Assembly: GCA_951406725.2 (NCBI GenBank)
Contig: OX597816.1
Location: 70,432,001 to 70,496,000, forward strand
Direction: 5' to 3'
DNA length: 64,000 bases
DNA from: Octopus vulgaris
Lineage: Eukaryota
Under the pieces are notes generated by a model. The model searched no databases, had not been told where the DNA came from, and saw nothing but the letters and a program-made list of their open reading frames with translations. Made by a program: the position numbers and the translations under genes. Within the stretch, counting starts at the first letter, position 1. Every line of letters starts with the position of its first letter. Below are positions 1 through 13,521 of the stretch, one piece after another.

Positions 1-114
1 GGAGAAAGGGAAAAGTCCAAAGAAGGAAAAGAAATCGCCCACACCACACTCTATCTATTTCTACTTCCGGTAAGTTTTTGGCACAGGAGAGTATAAAAAT
101 GAACAGTGTGTGAA

Positions 115-181
<67 letters not shown>

Positions 182-456
182 TTATATTTGTGTGCGTGTA
201 TTAGTGTCAGCAGCAGGTCATTAGCGACTGTCGAAACAGGGGAAAAGTTTGTGAATGGGTGTATGTGCGCATGACGAGGTGAGAATGTGAATGTGTGTTT
301 GTGTTTGTGTGTGTGTGTACGTGTGTTTGTGCGCTCGCATTATTTAATAACAATTTCACTCAGCCCCATGTGACTTACAGTTTCGTGGGTTCGCAATACG
401 AACCCATTACGCCATATATTTCGAGAAGATACTTAGATATCTGACAAGATAGATTC

Positions 457-514
<58 letters not shown>

Positions 515-518
<4 letters not shown>

Positions 519-730
519 AATCCAAACATGAACAAGCAAGAAAAAACAACAACGCGAGGACGTGGAATAAGTATAGTGTTATTGGACACTCAGAAAAGGA
601 AAGAGAAAGAAAAAGGATTCACGTTTCGAGCGGAGCTCTTCGTCAGAAATATAGAAAAAGTCCAAAGAAGGGAAGACGGGGGAAGAAAATCGCCAACGAT
701 ACACACGCGGTCACATATTCAAAATATATA
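515..730 (-). mobile_element. Short Penelope pseudo-LTR-like element with a minimal hammerhead-like motif
   Basis: Minus strand 620-650 reads tttCTGACGAagagc-tcc-gctcGAAAcgtg. The element abuts (TA)n at 458-514, and a related fragment lies at 1-50. Confidence 0.6.
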
Positions 731-1878
731 GTCGACATGGGTGTACTGAATGCTGTAGATATAAAATCTTAAATGTTTTTCTTAGACAGAGAGGGAAAAC
801 ATAAAACCAGTGATTATTGTTTCTAAATCTGAATGGGAAGCAGTGATAATTTTAAATAATAAAAAAAATTGCACTGTTTAATTAATATCCTTAAGAGAAC
901 AAAACAATTTGATCCTTGTTTCGGTCTTCATTTCATTTCATCCACTCGTCTCCGAAAAGATATGGGCAAATTAACATACACGGAGAGAGTTCAGTACATT
1001 TTTGACTCGCATTAATTTGAATACTCAAAACCAAAACGAGCAAGAATAACTGAAATTATGCCATAAATTCTTTGGTATGAATTTGAATTTTAAATTCAAA
1101 TCCAGTGATGTGATGTACTGACTGCCATATAAAATAATTATTTTAGTTATAAAATTTCCCTCGCATGCACGGAATGAATGCAAAAGTTAATAAGTCTGAA
1201 TGAGAAGGCCAGATGAAAATGCCATGGATGAACTGATATACTTAGAAAAAGCGGTCTTCAAGTTGAACACATGAATAACTTCTATATTTCTATAAAGACA
1301 TGCATGTGTATGTGTGTGTGTGAGTACGTTTGTACGTGAGTAGGTGTACGCGTGTGTGTGTATATTTATGCGTGTAAGTATGCGTGTGTGTGTGTCTGTG
1401 TGTATGTCTTTACAGAAGAATAGAAATTGTTCATCTTATCAACTTGGAGTCAACCTGAAAGGATAAATTTTAATATTCCAGTACAAGTCGATACATCAAG
1501 ATAAAAGCAGAGATTTTTTTTTTTTAATGGAAGAAAAGAAATAGAGAATGAAGTAAGAAAAGAAAGAGCTATATATCAGATAACAGAATTAGAACTGAAG
1601 AATAATGATAATATTCAAAATTATATTTTATATAATTATAAGTTTTCATGCAGAAAGTGAACGACCGTCGCCGCAGCAGATAGAAATTCAATAACGTACA
1701 ATATTGAGAAAATGCACAAGATGAAACGAAAATTTAATTCTATTATTTTCCTTCATCAGTTTACTTTGAATTGATGCCTTGGTGAAATTTGATTAACTTT
1801 TAGGATATTTCTTGGGATCTTATTGCAATGAATTTCAATGAATTGTCGTAAATCGCATTTTATACATCTGCAGTTGGA

Positions 1879-1937
<59 letters not shown>

Positions 1938-2360
1938 TTATATATATACACATATATATATGTATATACACATGGAGGTAGAGAGAAAGAGAGAAATAGT
2001 GAAGGAGATGGATAGATACATATATACTAACATATATATATGAAAGAAAAAGTCCAGGATACACGGCTCAGAATAACAGCCATGATTAGACAGGTTAATG
2101 AGGAACGGTTTGACTTTTAAGTGGCTAATAAAATGCTAGAAATAGCACCCGAAACTCGAAACTGAAGGAAACCTGAACGTTTTCTTTATATCGACTCTTG
2201 CTTGTTTTATCGACCCCAAAATGATGAAAGGTAAGGTCAACCTCGGTGGTGTTTGAACTCATAATGTAAATACAGTATTAACAGTAATAATAATATTCTT
2301 AAGAAGAATCATATCATCATCAACATCATCACCATCATCATTGTTGTTGTTGTTGTTCAA

Positions 2361-2737
2361 GGCGACGAGCTGGCAGAAACGTTAGCACGCTGGGCGAAAT
2401 GCGTAGCCGTATTTCGTCTGCCGCTACGTTCTGAGTTCAAATTCCGACGAGGTCGACTTTGCCTTTCATCCTTTCGGGGTCGATAAATTAAGTACCAGTT
2501 ACGCACTGGCGTCGATACAATCGACTTAATCCGTTTGTCTGTCCTTGTTTGTCCCTCTGTGTTTAGCCCCTTGTGGGTAGTAAAGAAATAGATATTTCGT
2601 TCGTCTTTACGTTCCGAGTTCAACTTCTGCCTTTCATCCTTTCTGGGTCGATAAAATAAATACCAGTCAAGTATTGGGCTAGATGTAGTCGACTATCTGC
2701 CTTCCCCAAATTTCAGGCTTCGTTCCTATGGTAGAAA
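2361..2737 (+). mobile_element. tRNA-derived SINE, family 1 (dimeric form)
   Basis: Head ggcgacgagctggcagaaacgttagc, B-box gagttcaaattcc, body gcctttcatcctttcggggtcgataaattaagtacc; many copies in the window. Confidence 0.85.
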
Positions 2738-2756
2738 TTATAATTATTATTATTGT

Positions 2757-2938
<182 letters not shown>

Positions 2939-3087
2939 CTTCTGCTCATGATCAGAGATGCACATATCGTCAGCCACTAAGGGACATGCTCAACTGGTTA
3001 AGGTCAAACAACTGACAAGCAAATTTGTGGTATTGAGCAGAATATTTACTGTAGACCAATGTTTTATACCAAGACAAAACAATGTAC
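2939..3087 (-). mobile_element. Partial local duplicate of the TAA-associated non-coding element
   Basis: Near-identical to ~3510-3658. Confidence 0.85.
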
Positions 3088-3168
3088 GTTATTATCATAT
3101 ACATATTATTATTATTATTGTTGTTGTTGTTGTTGTTGTTATTATGTACATATCATTATTATTATTAT

Positions 3169-3818
3169 TGAGTGAGAGAGCAGTTCATGCCATCAAAGTG
3201 ACACTGGGGTAAAATATACGAAGCCCAATATACCCATCATGACTACCCGTCTGATAAAGGTACACCAGGCACATGCATCACAACCATATGTGCGCGACAT
3301 GGTGATCTCATATCAAGATAAACAGCACATGACCTTGCAGGTGGGGCCCAGTTAGAATTTTCTTCAGGTTGAGTAGCCCATCCCGCTCAAACGGTCCCTG
3401 AATAAGGGTTGTTTAAGGATGTTGAAAGGACCACCCATGTTTCCAGAGGTGAACTATTCAAACCCCAAAGAATCCCTCTCAACACATGGCTATGATGCTC
3501 CTAGTAGTACTTCTGCTCATGATCAGAGATGCACATATCGTCAGCCACTAAGGGACATGCTCAACTGGTTAAGGTCAAACAACTGACAAGCAAATTTGTG
3601 GTATTGAGCAGAATATTTACTGTAGACCAATTTTTTATACCAAGACAAAACAATGTACATGATAACACTTCCAATCAGTTAAGATCAGAAGTTATAACAC
3701 TTCCAATCAGTTAAGATCAGAAGTGATAACACTTCCAATCAGTTAAGATCAGAAGTGATAACACTTCCAATCAGTTAAGATCAGAAGTGATAACACTTCC
3801 AATCAGTTAAGATCAGAA

Positions 3819-3820
<2 letters not shown>
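3169..3820 (-). mobile_element. TAA-associated non-coding SINE-like element (~560 bp family)
   Basis: Reverse complement of 18914-19470; flanked by (ATT)n on both sides. Confidence 0.85.
3661..3820. repeat. 5 x 32 bp tandem repeat at the element terminus
   Basis: Unit gataacacttccaatcagttaagatcagaagt starts at 3661, 3693, 3725, 3757 and 3789, with no spacers. Confidence 0.95.
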
Positions 3821-3889
<69 letters not shown>

Positions 3890-3982
3890 GCACATATCAT
3901 CATCATCATCATCATTGTTATTATTATTAGTAGTAGTAGTATTGTGTACACATTATTATTATTATCATCATCATCATCATCA

Positions 3983-4014
<32 letters not shown>

Positions 4015-5047
4015 GCAACTGCTGCTGCTGTTGCTTTATTATCGCTATCATCATTTATGTTTGTTATGGTGTCATAATAGTTAACAGCAATTTTTGAAAT
4101 GTTAAGAAGCTTTACTGGATAAAAATTATTTCTCTCGAATTATTTTACAAAAAGGTGACATTTGCATCGTAATGAAGTCTTCGACAGTGTGAGGTAGGCA
4201 GAATGTCTGTTTTCAACACTTCTTTTTGTATTGTTTTGTTTTCTTTGTGTTTTCTTCTAGAATTTTGCTGTATGTATAATGATTTTCAATAAGGCTTTCT
4301 CTACCAAGGAGACATTAAGAGCTAATCATGCGCAACAAACAAAAATAGAATAGCACTGAAGGCGCCCTTTGAAAGAAAAGTCTTTTAATCATCAAACACA
4401 CGGGAAAAGGTTAGAGAAAGCTATACAATTCAAAACAATACTATCGGAGGCAATGACAATAAACAGATGCACTTTTAAATACAAAGAGTAGCAATTTAAT
4501 ATCAGAAAAAGCAAATTTGCACAATATAAAAAATAACGACTACAACACAACCGGATAACACGCACACACAAATATATGTTCGTATATGCGACGACGAAAA
4601 TTAGTTATTTTAACTTTGTTCACACTGCCAGTAACTGTTATATCGTGATTATGAACCACCGTGCCGAGGAAAATAATTTTGCTTGACAAACTTTCGTTAC
4701 TTAAGCGGGTGCTTTTTTTTTGCCAGCACCGTCAATTCAAGAGATTGAGACGGGTAAGTTACTTGTCTATGGATAACCAAAAGCAGATTAATTCATGCTC
4801 TCTAAAGAACCGCAACAAGACGGGTAAAGGTGATTAGGTGATGGTCTATGGCTTAGGGGCGGGAGATCCCAGACCTTGGAAAAAAAAACTTTGGTGTTCT
4901 TGTTGTAGTAGAGAGCTCTTCGTTGACGCCCGACACCACTGGGAGTGGCCCTCGAAGTCGCTGGAAACGGAGATCTTCAGGTCCAAATTCTTGAATGGCT
5001 GCTACTGCTACTCTTTCAGTTGCAAACTTATTTCCCCCTAAATAATG

Positions 5048-5048
<1 letters not shown>

Positions 5049-5085
<37 letters not shown>

Positions 5086-5264
5086 TGGTGTTGTTGCTGT
5101 TGCTGTTGTTGTTGGTGGTGGTGGTGGTGTGACGGGGATTCTGATGGTTGTGGTGAGAGTAGTAGTAGAAGTAGTAGTAGTTGGTGTTGTTGTTGGTGCT
5201 AGTGGTTGTGGTGTGGCGGAGATTGTGATGGTTGTGATGGAAGTAGTAGTAGTAGTAGTTGGTG

Positions 5265-5296
<32 letters not shown>

Positions 5297-5368
5297 GGTG
5301 GTGGTGGTGGTGGTGGTAGTGTTGGTAGTGGTGGTAGTGATGTGGCGGGGAATTGATGGCTGTGGTGG

Positions 5369-5405
<37 letters not shown>
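5049..5405. repeat. Compound (GTA)n/(GTT)n/(GGT)n microsatellite
   Basis: Seen directly. Confidence 0.9.
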
Positions 5406-5406
<1 letters not shown>

Positions 5407-5572
5407 AAAGTTTTGTTGTTGTTGTTATAGTAATAGTAATAGAGTAAAAGTTTTAGAAGGAGAAGAAGGATGAGGAGTTGAAGAATATAGTGTTAATGAC
5501 TTGGTGAAGAGGAAACACTCCTCAGCGAAAATGATAAAACTCATCCAACTCACTCACTGTTCGTTCTTGCTT

Positions 5573-5623
<51 letters not shown>

Positions 5624-5940
5624 CTATCTACCTCTTGCTGGTAGTGGGCTGGCGCTGGGCTGGCAAATTTGTCGCTATAGATGCTATTTAAAACTTGAAT
5701 TTTTTCCATGAATATATTTAAGCTATAATGAGATGGGAAACAATAAGATGGTTGAATCAAGCAACCCATTGACTTTGTTGTGATTGGTTCCGCAACAACA
5801 TTTGTCACTGAGATTAACAATAACAAATCCCAAAAAGCGTGAATAAGCAGCAATTATTTTTCAATTATTATTCAATTATTTTTAAGACTCTTGCAGTGAC
5901 TGAAGTGAAATACCTATTATCTAGATTGAATCAATGAATT

Positions 5941-5962
5941 AATAATAATAATAATAATGATG

Positions 5963-6029
<67 letters not shown>

Positions 6030-6085
6030 TGATAATAACAATAATAATAATGATGATGATGATGATGATAAACATCATGATGACG

Positions 6086-6153
<68 letters not shown>

Positions 6154-6164
6154 CATCAATGACG

Positions 6165-6223
<59 letters not shown>

Positions 6224-6239
6224 GAACAATAATAATAAT

Positions 6240-6280
<41 letters not shown>

Positions 6281-6292
6281 TGATGATGATGA

Positions 6293-6362
<70 letters not shown>

Positions 6363-6388
6363 GCAACAACAACAATAATAATAATATC

Positions 6389-6453
<65 letters not shown>

Positions 6454-6461
6454 TGATGATG

Positions 6462-6536
<75 letters not shown>

Positions 6537-6628
6537 CATACAATGAGCTTCTCTGCCCTAGGTGTACGGAAAACACTCGGCGAGAAATGGAAGAAAATTT
6601 GAAGAAAGAAGGAAATATAATAATAATG

Positions 6629-6702
<74 letters not shown>

Positions 6703-6717
6703 TATAATAATAATAAT

Positions 6718-6800
<83 letters not shown>
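5941..6800. repeat. Long (AAT)n array with one embedded retrotransposon 3' end
   Basis: Seen directly. Confidence 0.95.
6536..6617 (+). mobile_element. ~80 bp 3' terminus of a Dong/R4-like element related to family C
   Basis: Aligns by eye to 25538-25620 (tgccctagg...acactcggc.agaaatggaag.aaatttgaa); (AAT)n on both sides. Confidence 0.85.
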
Positions 6801-6803
<3 letters not shown>

Positions 6804-7145
6804 CTATGAAATAATTGATTTATGATCTACACACACTACTAGGTGACACCACCAAAAGACTTAAATGAATAAACTCATGCTGCAAATACCCAACAGAATG
6901 AACAAAACCTACGCTGCACAAACAACACATAATACAAAAACTAATATAAAAGAATACAACAGAGGACTCAAACCAAACGACATAACAAAACATGCTGATG
7001 CAATACAATACCCCCACGCCCCCAAAAAATACAGCACACACCACCCCACCGGCACAAAGGTGCAACAGAAAGTTGCTTGAAAAATAATAGGGGCGATGAT
7101 GATTGTGATGATGATTGTGATGACGATAGTGATGACAATGTTTAT

Positions 7146-7463
7146 TTTACCTCAGTTTCTGAGAGACAGGAATTTCCGAAGAAACTCTGGTGTAGCAGCG
7201 AAAAAGAAGCCAGACCATTAAGGGAAGAACTCTCGCTCGGCATTGGTTCAGTAAAGGTGCAGACTGACCACAGCGGTTATCTTGATACAGCATCAGCAGA
7301 TAACATAGCAAGTAGGGAGTGGACCAGCGAAGAAAACAGGATAGTGATGCAGTGCTAATTAGAAAGTGAAACTAAAAGAAGGGGGCTATAGAAAACGGGT
7401 GCTAACACTTTGAGTAGAACAAGGTATGCTTAAAGTGACTGAACAGAAATTAGTCGACAAACA
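7146..7463 (+). pseudogene. Decayed N-terminal Myb-like region of an R4/Dong-type ORF
   Basis: Translates as SREWTSEENRIVMQC*LESETKRRG/YRKRVLTL*VEQGMLKVTEQKLVDK, matching the R4-clade N-terminal pattern W..EEN..VM.CY...GYRKRM..LW...GM..VTEQRL.DQ. Confidence 0.7.
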
Positions 7464-8961
7464 TCCACCGGCTGCATTGCCCGACTAACAGAGAGCTGTG
7501 AACGCCTGATAATACCCTAGATGCAAAGCACCCTGCCTCGGTCTACGCTTGATCCAGGACTGTAGCATCGACAAAGAGACGAGCTAAGGGAAATCTTATT
7601 TGGCAAACGGCAACCACACCTGCTCGCCGTTTAGGAAGCACTTAAGATGTCACAACCTCAGCGCCTGTCTGCGCATCAACAGTCGTGGAGTGCCCAGCCC
7701 TCCATTCAGCAGACGTTGACAACAAACTGAGCTTCTGATCAGTAGAGGCGTCCATTCCACGGAAAGCAGAAGGGTGTGCGCTCCAGTTTGATCAGTCGTA
7801 CCTTGAAGCAAGGAACGACAGTCAGACAGTGATATATAACGGAAGCGTTTCATGCATTCGCCATTTCTGTCCGACCTTTTAAGAAAAATTTTCTTTCAAG
7901 CCATTTCTGGGTAAGAATGGCTAACCTGCTCGTCACCTCATCCCAGTTCTTCTCCCTGGAGATCCGAACCAAACAAAACCCCGAGCAGTTTATTTGGTCC
8001 CTCTGTCCTACGTCCCACAACGTTATTGGACAGTATGAACCTACTTCTCCAGGTGCCAAGTTGCATGCCTTCTGATTTTTCTTGGTCAATTTTCGCTCCT
8101 GTCACCATTTTTTTAGAGCAGTGCCCATCAGGTCTATTTGTCTAGTGTTCGACACTATGACCATGATGCCATCCGCTTATGCCGACACGGTTCTTCCACG
8201 TCCTAGTTCGCTCCGGATGCCTCTCAACGCCTCTAATTTCAGCAGTAGTGTCTCTAGAGCCAGTATATACAGAAGAGACAAGAGAAGGTGCCCTTGAAGG
8301 ACCGAGCGCATGATGCTGAATAGTTCGGAACAGAAACTATTCACTCGAACTCCTGAGCAGCTGGTGCTGTACACTGTGACAATCAAGACACGGAAAACGG
8401 GACCGAAACCGGCCGCTAAGTCTGGGAGTCGACTCTTTTGATTGATTTAAATTGAGTAGAGTCCCACCCATGCCAGTTTTTTTTTTACCTACCCTGTATA
8501 TAATGCATCACCTGAAGTGGATTTTGTGGATAGATTGCTTGTGATGCTACATGTTTATGCATCACCAATCAATTCCTCGACGACAAGCACCAACCACTTC
8601 GCTAACACCTTGGGCATAATTTTGAAATCTGCGTTCAGCCGCATCATGGGCCTAGAATTTTCGTTTTCATCCCCTTTTTCTGGGTCCTTTCTTAACAGTA
8701 CTACTGCTCCTCGACTCACAGAACTAGAAATTTTCCCGTTCTGCTGCCAGTTGCAGTAGATAAGTCTAGACTATAAAGTAAAGCTCGTAAGACAGATTAT
8801 CCAAACTAAGTGATTTGATCCCCCTGCCCCCATACAGCCCATCATTGCACCCAGTATTTCTGCGGCTGTTATTGGTCTTTTTCAACACCCCACCCACCTT
8901 GCCGAGTGTCATGGCATGCCATCGAGGTTGGCACTGATGGTCATCTTGAGTTCCAGACTGC

Positions 8962-8962
<1 letters not shown>
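7464..8962 (-). pseudogene. Decayed L1/Tx1-clade ORF2 (reverse transcriptase) fragment
   Basis: Minus-strand peptides with stops and frameshifts: SRGAVVLLRKDPEKGDENENSRPMMRLNADFKIMPKVLAK, RSVLQGHLLLSLLYILALETL, VSA*ADG (YADD position), FFLKGR, CCQRLLNGGLG. Confidence 0.8.
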
Positions 8963-8963
<1 letters not shown>

Positions 8964-9048
<85 letters not shown>

Positions 9049-9088
9049 CAATAACAACAACAACAATAATAATAATAATAATAATAAT

Positions 9089-9132
<44 letters not shown>
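8964..9132. repeat. (AAT)n microsatellite
   Basis: Seen directly. Confidence 0.95.
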
Positions 9133-9133
<1 letters not shown>

Positions 9134-9134
<1 letters not shown>

Positions 9135-9638
9135 GCCCTGATGCAACATTTGGTTTCCGATCTTAACTGATTGGAAGTGTTATCATGTACATTGTTTTGT
9201 CTTGGTATAAAAGATGGGCTACAGCAAATATTCTGCTCAATACCGCAGATTTGCTTGTCAGTTGTTTGACCTTAACCAATTGAGCATGTCCCTTGATGGC
9301 TGACAAAATGTGCATCTTTGATCACGAGCAAAAGTAGTGGGGAAAGCATCATAGTATGTATTGAGAGGAATTCTTTGGGGTTTTAATAAGTCACCTGTGG
9401 AAACATTGGAGTTTTGTTCAACATCCTTGCACAACCCTTATCCAGGAACCTTTTGAGCGGGATGGGCCATTCAACTGGAAGAAAATTCTACCTGGGCCCC
9501 ACCTGAAAGGCCATGCGCTGTTTGTCTTGATATTATATCACCATGTCGCGCACATATGGTTGTGGTGTGTGCCTGGCGTACCCTTCTCATAATGGGTATA
9601 TTGGGCTTCGTATATTTATACCCCGGTGTCGCTTTGAC
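9134..9638 (+). mobile_element. TAA-associated non-coding element, diverged copy lacking its last ~30 bp
   Basis: Starts tgccctgatgca immediately after (AAT)n, the same start as the copy at 18914. Confidence 0.85.
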
Positions 9639-10459
9639 ATCTAGATAGGAGCAAATAGAAAACAACACTTACTGATCAAAGACAAAAAAAAGAATAAAAA
9701 TTTTATTGCACAATATTACATACCAACCTTGGTACTAAATTAGTTCTTTATTTTATCAACCCCCTTCACTGATAAGATAAAGTATACTCTGGTAGAATTT
9801 TAATTGATTTTGTGAAACTACATCTGTGCATAATAATTTACACAGAGAAAATAACGCCGTTAAAATTATTGATAAAATAGGCAAATTTTAGTCAATTAGA
9901 TAAATACCCTCAAGTAACAGATTCAGCTCATAGTGTGAGCTTTGGAAATAACTCTCTTAAACATGCACGAGACGTGCGAATCACGATTTACAACACATCT
10001 CGAAATAAGAAAACAAAAATTTAAATAACAGTGAGAACAAATATCGAGAAACAGCGAAACACCTGAAATTATCTGAAAGAAACCGAAAGAAAAATTCTTG
10101 AATCATAGAATCAAGTAATTTAGATTAGGGTAGAATCAAATAACAAGAGGAACAATTTAAAATGGAAACAAACATTTCGGAATTTGGGTTGAAGCTAATG
10201 GAATGGTTATTATTGTAATTACCAAAAGTACCATCTTCTATGGCATACACTTCGTTAAGTTGTGGCTGTTGTTACTGCTTAGCTCCAAGACGTATGATTA
10301 AATGCATTCAAATGGTGACAATTCCATCGTATATGTATATATGTGCGTAAGTATGTATGTCTGTACATACTCGTGAGTGCATATATATATATATATGCAT
10401 GTGTGTGAGTGTGTGTGTGTGTGTGTCTGTATGTATGTATGTCTACATATATCGATATA

Positions 10460-10526
<67 letters not shown>

Positions 10527-10667
10527 GCTTACGTCACAAAACTATAGAAACTTCAAGAGAACGTGAAATATTTGGATTTTAACTGAGGAATTTGGAGTAG
10601 ATAACGATATAAATGATAGAATGTAAATATTAGGTTTTAAAAATCCGTTTAAATAGAAAACGGTGAA

Positions 10668-10740
10668 GACTAACCATGGGACTGGAACCCACACTTTCTA
10701 TAAACATGACAGACGTTCTACCACTGGACCAAAGCAGCCC
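10668..10740 (-). pseudogene. Degenerate tRNA-like sequence (tRNA pseudogene or SINE head)
   Basis: Minus strand has an A-box-like tggtccagtggtaga and a B-box-like gtgggttccagtcccat; acceptor and anticodon stems are imperfect. Confidence 0.5.
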
Positions 10741-11107
10741 TTTGAAATTCTCTCTATAGTTTATAGAATTACGTGAAAATTTGTGAGAATTTATATGTTC
10801 TTTATATCATAAGAATTTAGAAACATTGAGAGAGAGTGAAATAAATTCTCTTTTAACTCTACAAAACCAAGTAGATAAAGGTATAAATAATAGTATGTAA
10901 AAAGTTGAAGGCTGCCCTTAGGGCAATTATTCATACATACACATTCACAGACATACGCATGCAGACAGACACACATGCACACATACGAAACACTAAAAGA
11001 TACACACAGACACACATACACGCTCACGCACACACACATACATACATACATACATACATACATACATACATACATACATACATACATACATACATACATA
11101 CATACAT

Positions 11108-11625
11108 GGTGGCTGCCCCCTCGTTATCGAGTATGGCCATTGCACGAAGCTTAATCAATGTTGTTATCGTGCAATGCCTGTGCAAGAAGATATTTTTTTA
11201 AGTGAGGAAAGGCTGTGCACTGAGTCAATCCCACTCACTAAGCAACAGCAGCCATAATCCGAAAAGAAGAACAAGTCAACATCATCGATAACCATTGAGC
11301 CGCAGGTTTTATGTCGTAGTTATCCCAGTTACCTGAGTTACCTTCTCCTAGAAGGATGCCCTAACAAAGGCTAGGAGTCCTTCACTCCCAATGGTTTAAC
11401 CGTGCGATCGGGTGTTCAATCCGATTATTTCTATGTCCCCGCGCATGATACAGCGTTAAGACATTTATTGGATGGCCCTTGACTCTCAAGAGTTCCTCCG
11501 CCCTTTGACGCGTTTTGGTTTTCATCCCGCGGGGTGACCAATAAACACCCTCCTCACCAAGCGAGCTTGGTGGGGTTGCCGGTTTAGTCGCCGACGACCC
11601 GACCATGCAACAGGTTGTACTGGGT
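11108..11625 (-). mobile_element. Non-coding RTE-derived short element inside (CATA)n
   Basis: Flanked by (CATA)n on both sides. Minus strand has cgtcaaagggcggaggaac and ctaggagaaggtaactc, resembling RTE 5'UTR motifs, and an end cgataacgagggggcagcc resembling RTE 3' termini. Confidence 0.6.
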
Positions 11626-11696
11626 ACATACATACATACAAACATACATACATACATACATACATACATACATACATACATACATACATACATACA

Positions 11697-11727
<31 letters not shown>

Positions 11728-11944
11728 GAATGCATGTACAAACCAGTGGACTCGTGTCAGTGGCCAGGTCGCATTTGGTGTGACGAAAAGTTTCGTACCA
11801 AATAAATGTTTGATAAAAGTAAACAGTTTTGTATGTTTTTCAATAGTTAATGTGTCTTTCACACTGTAATTACAGTGTCAGATCAAATCACTTTCCAGGT
11901 AAATATATCTCTGAAATATATGTCCGCGTGTGTCAGTATGTATG

Positions 11945-12009
<65 letters not shown>

Positions 12010-12019
12010 GTGTGTGTAT

Positions 12020-12280
12020 CACGTGATCGCGTGACCGACCAGATTATCAGATGTTGTTACACATCGCTGGCTACAATGCGTTTTGCATCGTTTTAGCCAT
12101 CGATTGACACCACTCTGCTGGCTAAGCGAGCAGATCAACACGCACCCTCAGTCGAAAGAGGAGTGGAGCAACATGAAAGAAAGTGTTTTGCTCAAGAAAA
12201 CAACGTGCCGCCCGGTGTAAGAATCGAATCCACGATCTAGCGATAGTGTATGCAACAGCGTAACCACTAGGCTACGCGCC

Positions 12281-12286
<6 letters not shown>
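12020..12286 (-). mobile_element. tRNA-derived SINE, family 4
   Basis: Minus head gaaggcgcgtagcctagtggtta ... ggattcgattct ... ttcttgagcaaaacact. Confidence 0.7.
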
Positions 12287-12314
<28 letters not shown>

Positions 12315-12329
12315 TTATTTTATTCCTTT

Positions 12330-12727
12330 ATTCTTTTAATTGCTTCAGTCATTTCACTGTGGCCATGGTGAAGCACCGCCTTTAGTCGAACAAATAGATC
12401 CCATGATTTATTCTTTGTAAGCCTAGTACGTATTCCATCGGTCTCTTTTGCCAAACCACTAAGTTAAGGAGACGTAAATACACAGACATCGGTTGTCAAG
12501 CGATGGTGAGTAGGGACAAATACACACACACACACACAAACATATATATATATATATATATACGACGGGCTTCTTTCAGTTTCCGTCTACCAGATCCACT
12601 CACAAGTCTTTGATCGGCCCTAGACTATAGTAGATGACAATTTTCCAAGGTGCTACGCAGTGGGCCTGAACCCGGAACCATGTGGTTGGTAAGCAAGCTA
12701 CTTACCACACAACCACTCCTGCCCCCA
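12330..12727 (-). mobile_element. tRNA-derived SINE, family 2
   Basis: Reverse complement of the 55346-55733 type, with an internal microsatellite. Confidence 0.85.
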
Positions 12728-12761
12728 TATATATAAGTTTCGTACATACATACATACATAC

Positions 12762-13420
12762 AGAATAAAAGGTAGAAGACATTGACAAACAACAAATGTA
12801 CGCCAAGACATCAACCACATTATTACCAGAGAATGTCGTTATTACGAAAGAATGTCCTCCAGATATTATCTTCCCGTGAGGCATGATACCGTGGCCAGAA
12901 CTCTACAACTGGAACACAATAATGAAAAAGAAAACACTTACAAACGAAGTTAACCATATTGAGACCGATGTGTCTTAATATGGATATTAGTGGAGCTTAA
13001 AAACTAAATCAGCCACCAGGTTAAAATGCAACCGGTCAGATATTGTTGTGTGGGATCATAAAAAGAAATATGTTCTGTTGTGGAAATCAGCTACCCTCTA
13101 GACACCAAGGCGATTAGAAAAATACAAGAGAACATCTATAGACTATTGATAAAGCGTTTGTAAATCCAGTACCCAAGATACACTTTCAGCTTCATACCGA
13201 TTATTATCAGAGCAACAGGTACATACTAATCTATCTGAAGCAAATTCTGGCTGAAGTTGAGATCTTGGGGAAAGAACATAAATGATTACGATATCTGAGA
13301 TTATAAAATCTTCAAGATTTAAAGGATGATGGTTAAAAAAAGATGCTTTCCTTCACAACCTGGCTACTAAGTAGATGACCGGTCAAAATTTACTCTAATT
13401 TAAAAAGTGAAAGAAAAGAA
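12762..13420 (+). mobile_element. Decayed 3' fragment of a (CATA)n-associated RLE retrotransposon
   Basis: Begins after (CATA)n. Peptides QDINHIIT, MSSRYYLPVRHDTVARTL (RHD motif), CNRSDIVVWD, VVEISYPLD; ends near (CATA)n. Confidence 0.7.
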
Positions 13421-13521
13421 CACACATGCATAAATGCATACATAAACAGACACACATACATACATACATACATACATACATACATACATACATACATACA
13501 TACATACATACATACATACAT

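Noticed and set aside
3661-3820. CRISPR-like 32 bp direct repeats
   Set aside because: The repeats are contiguous with no spacers, there are no cas genes, the context is eukaryotic, and the unit derives from the adjacent retroelement.
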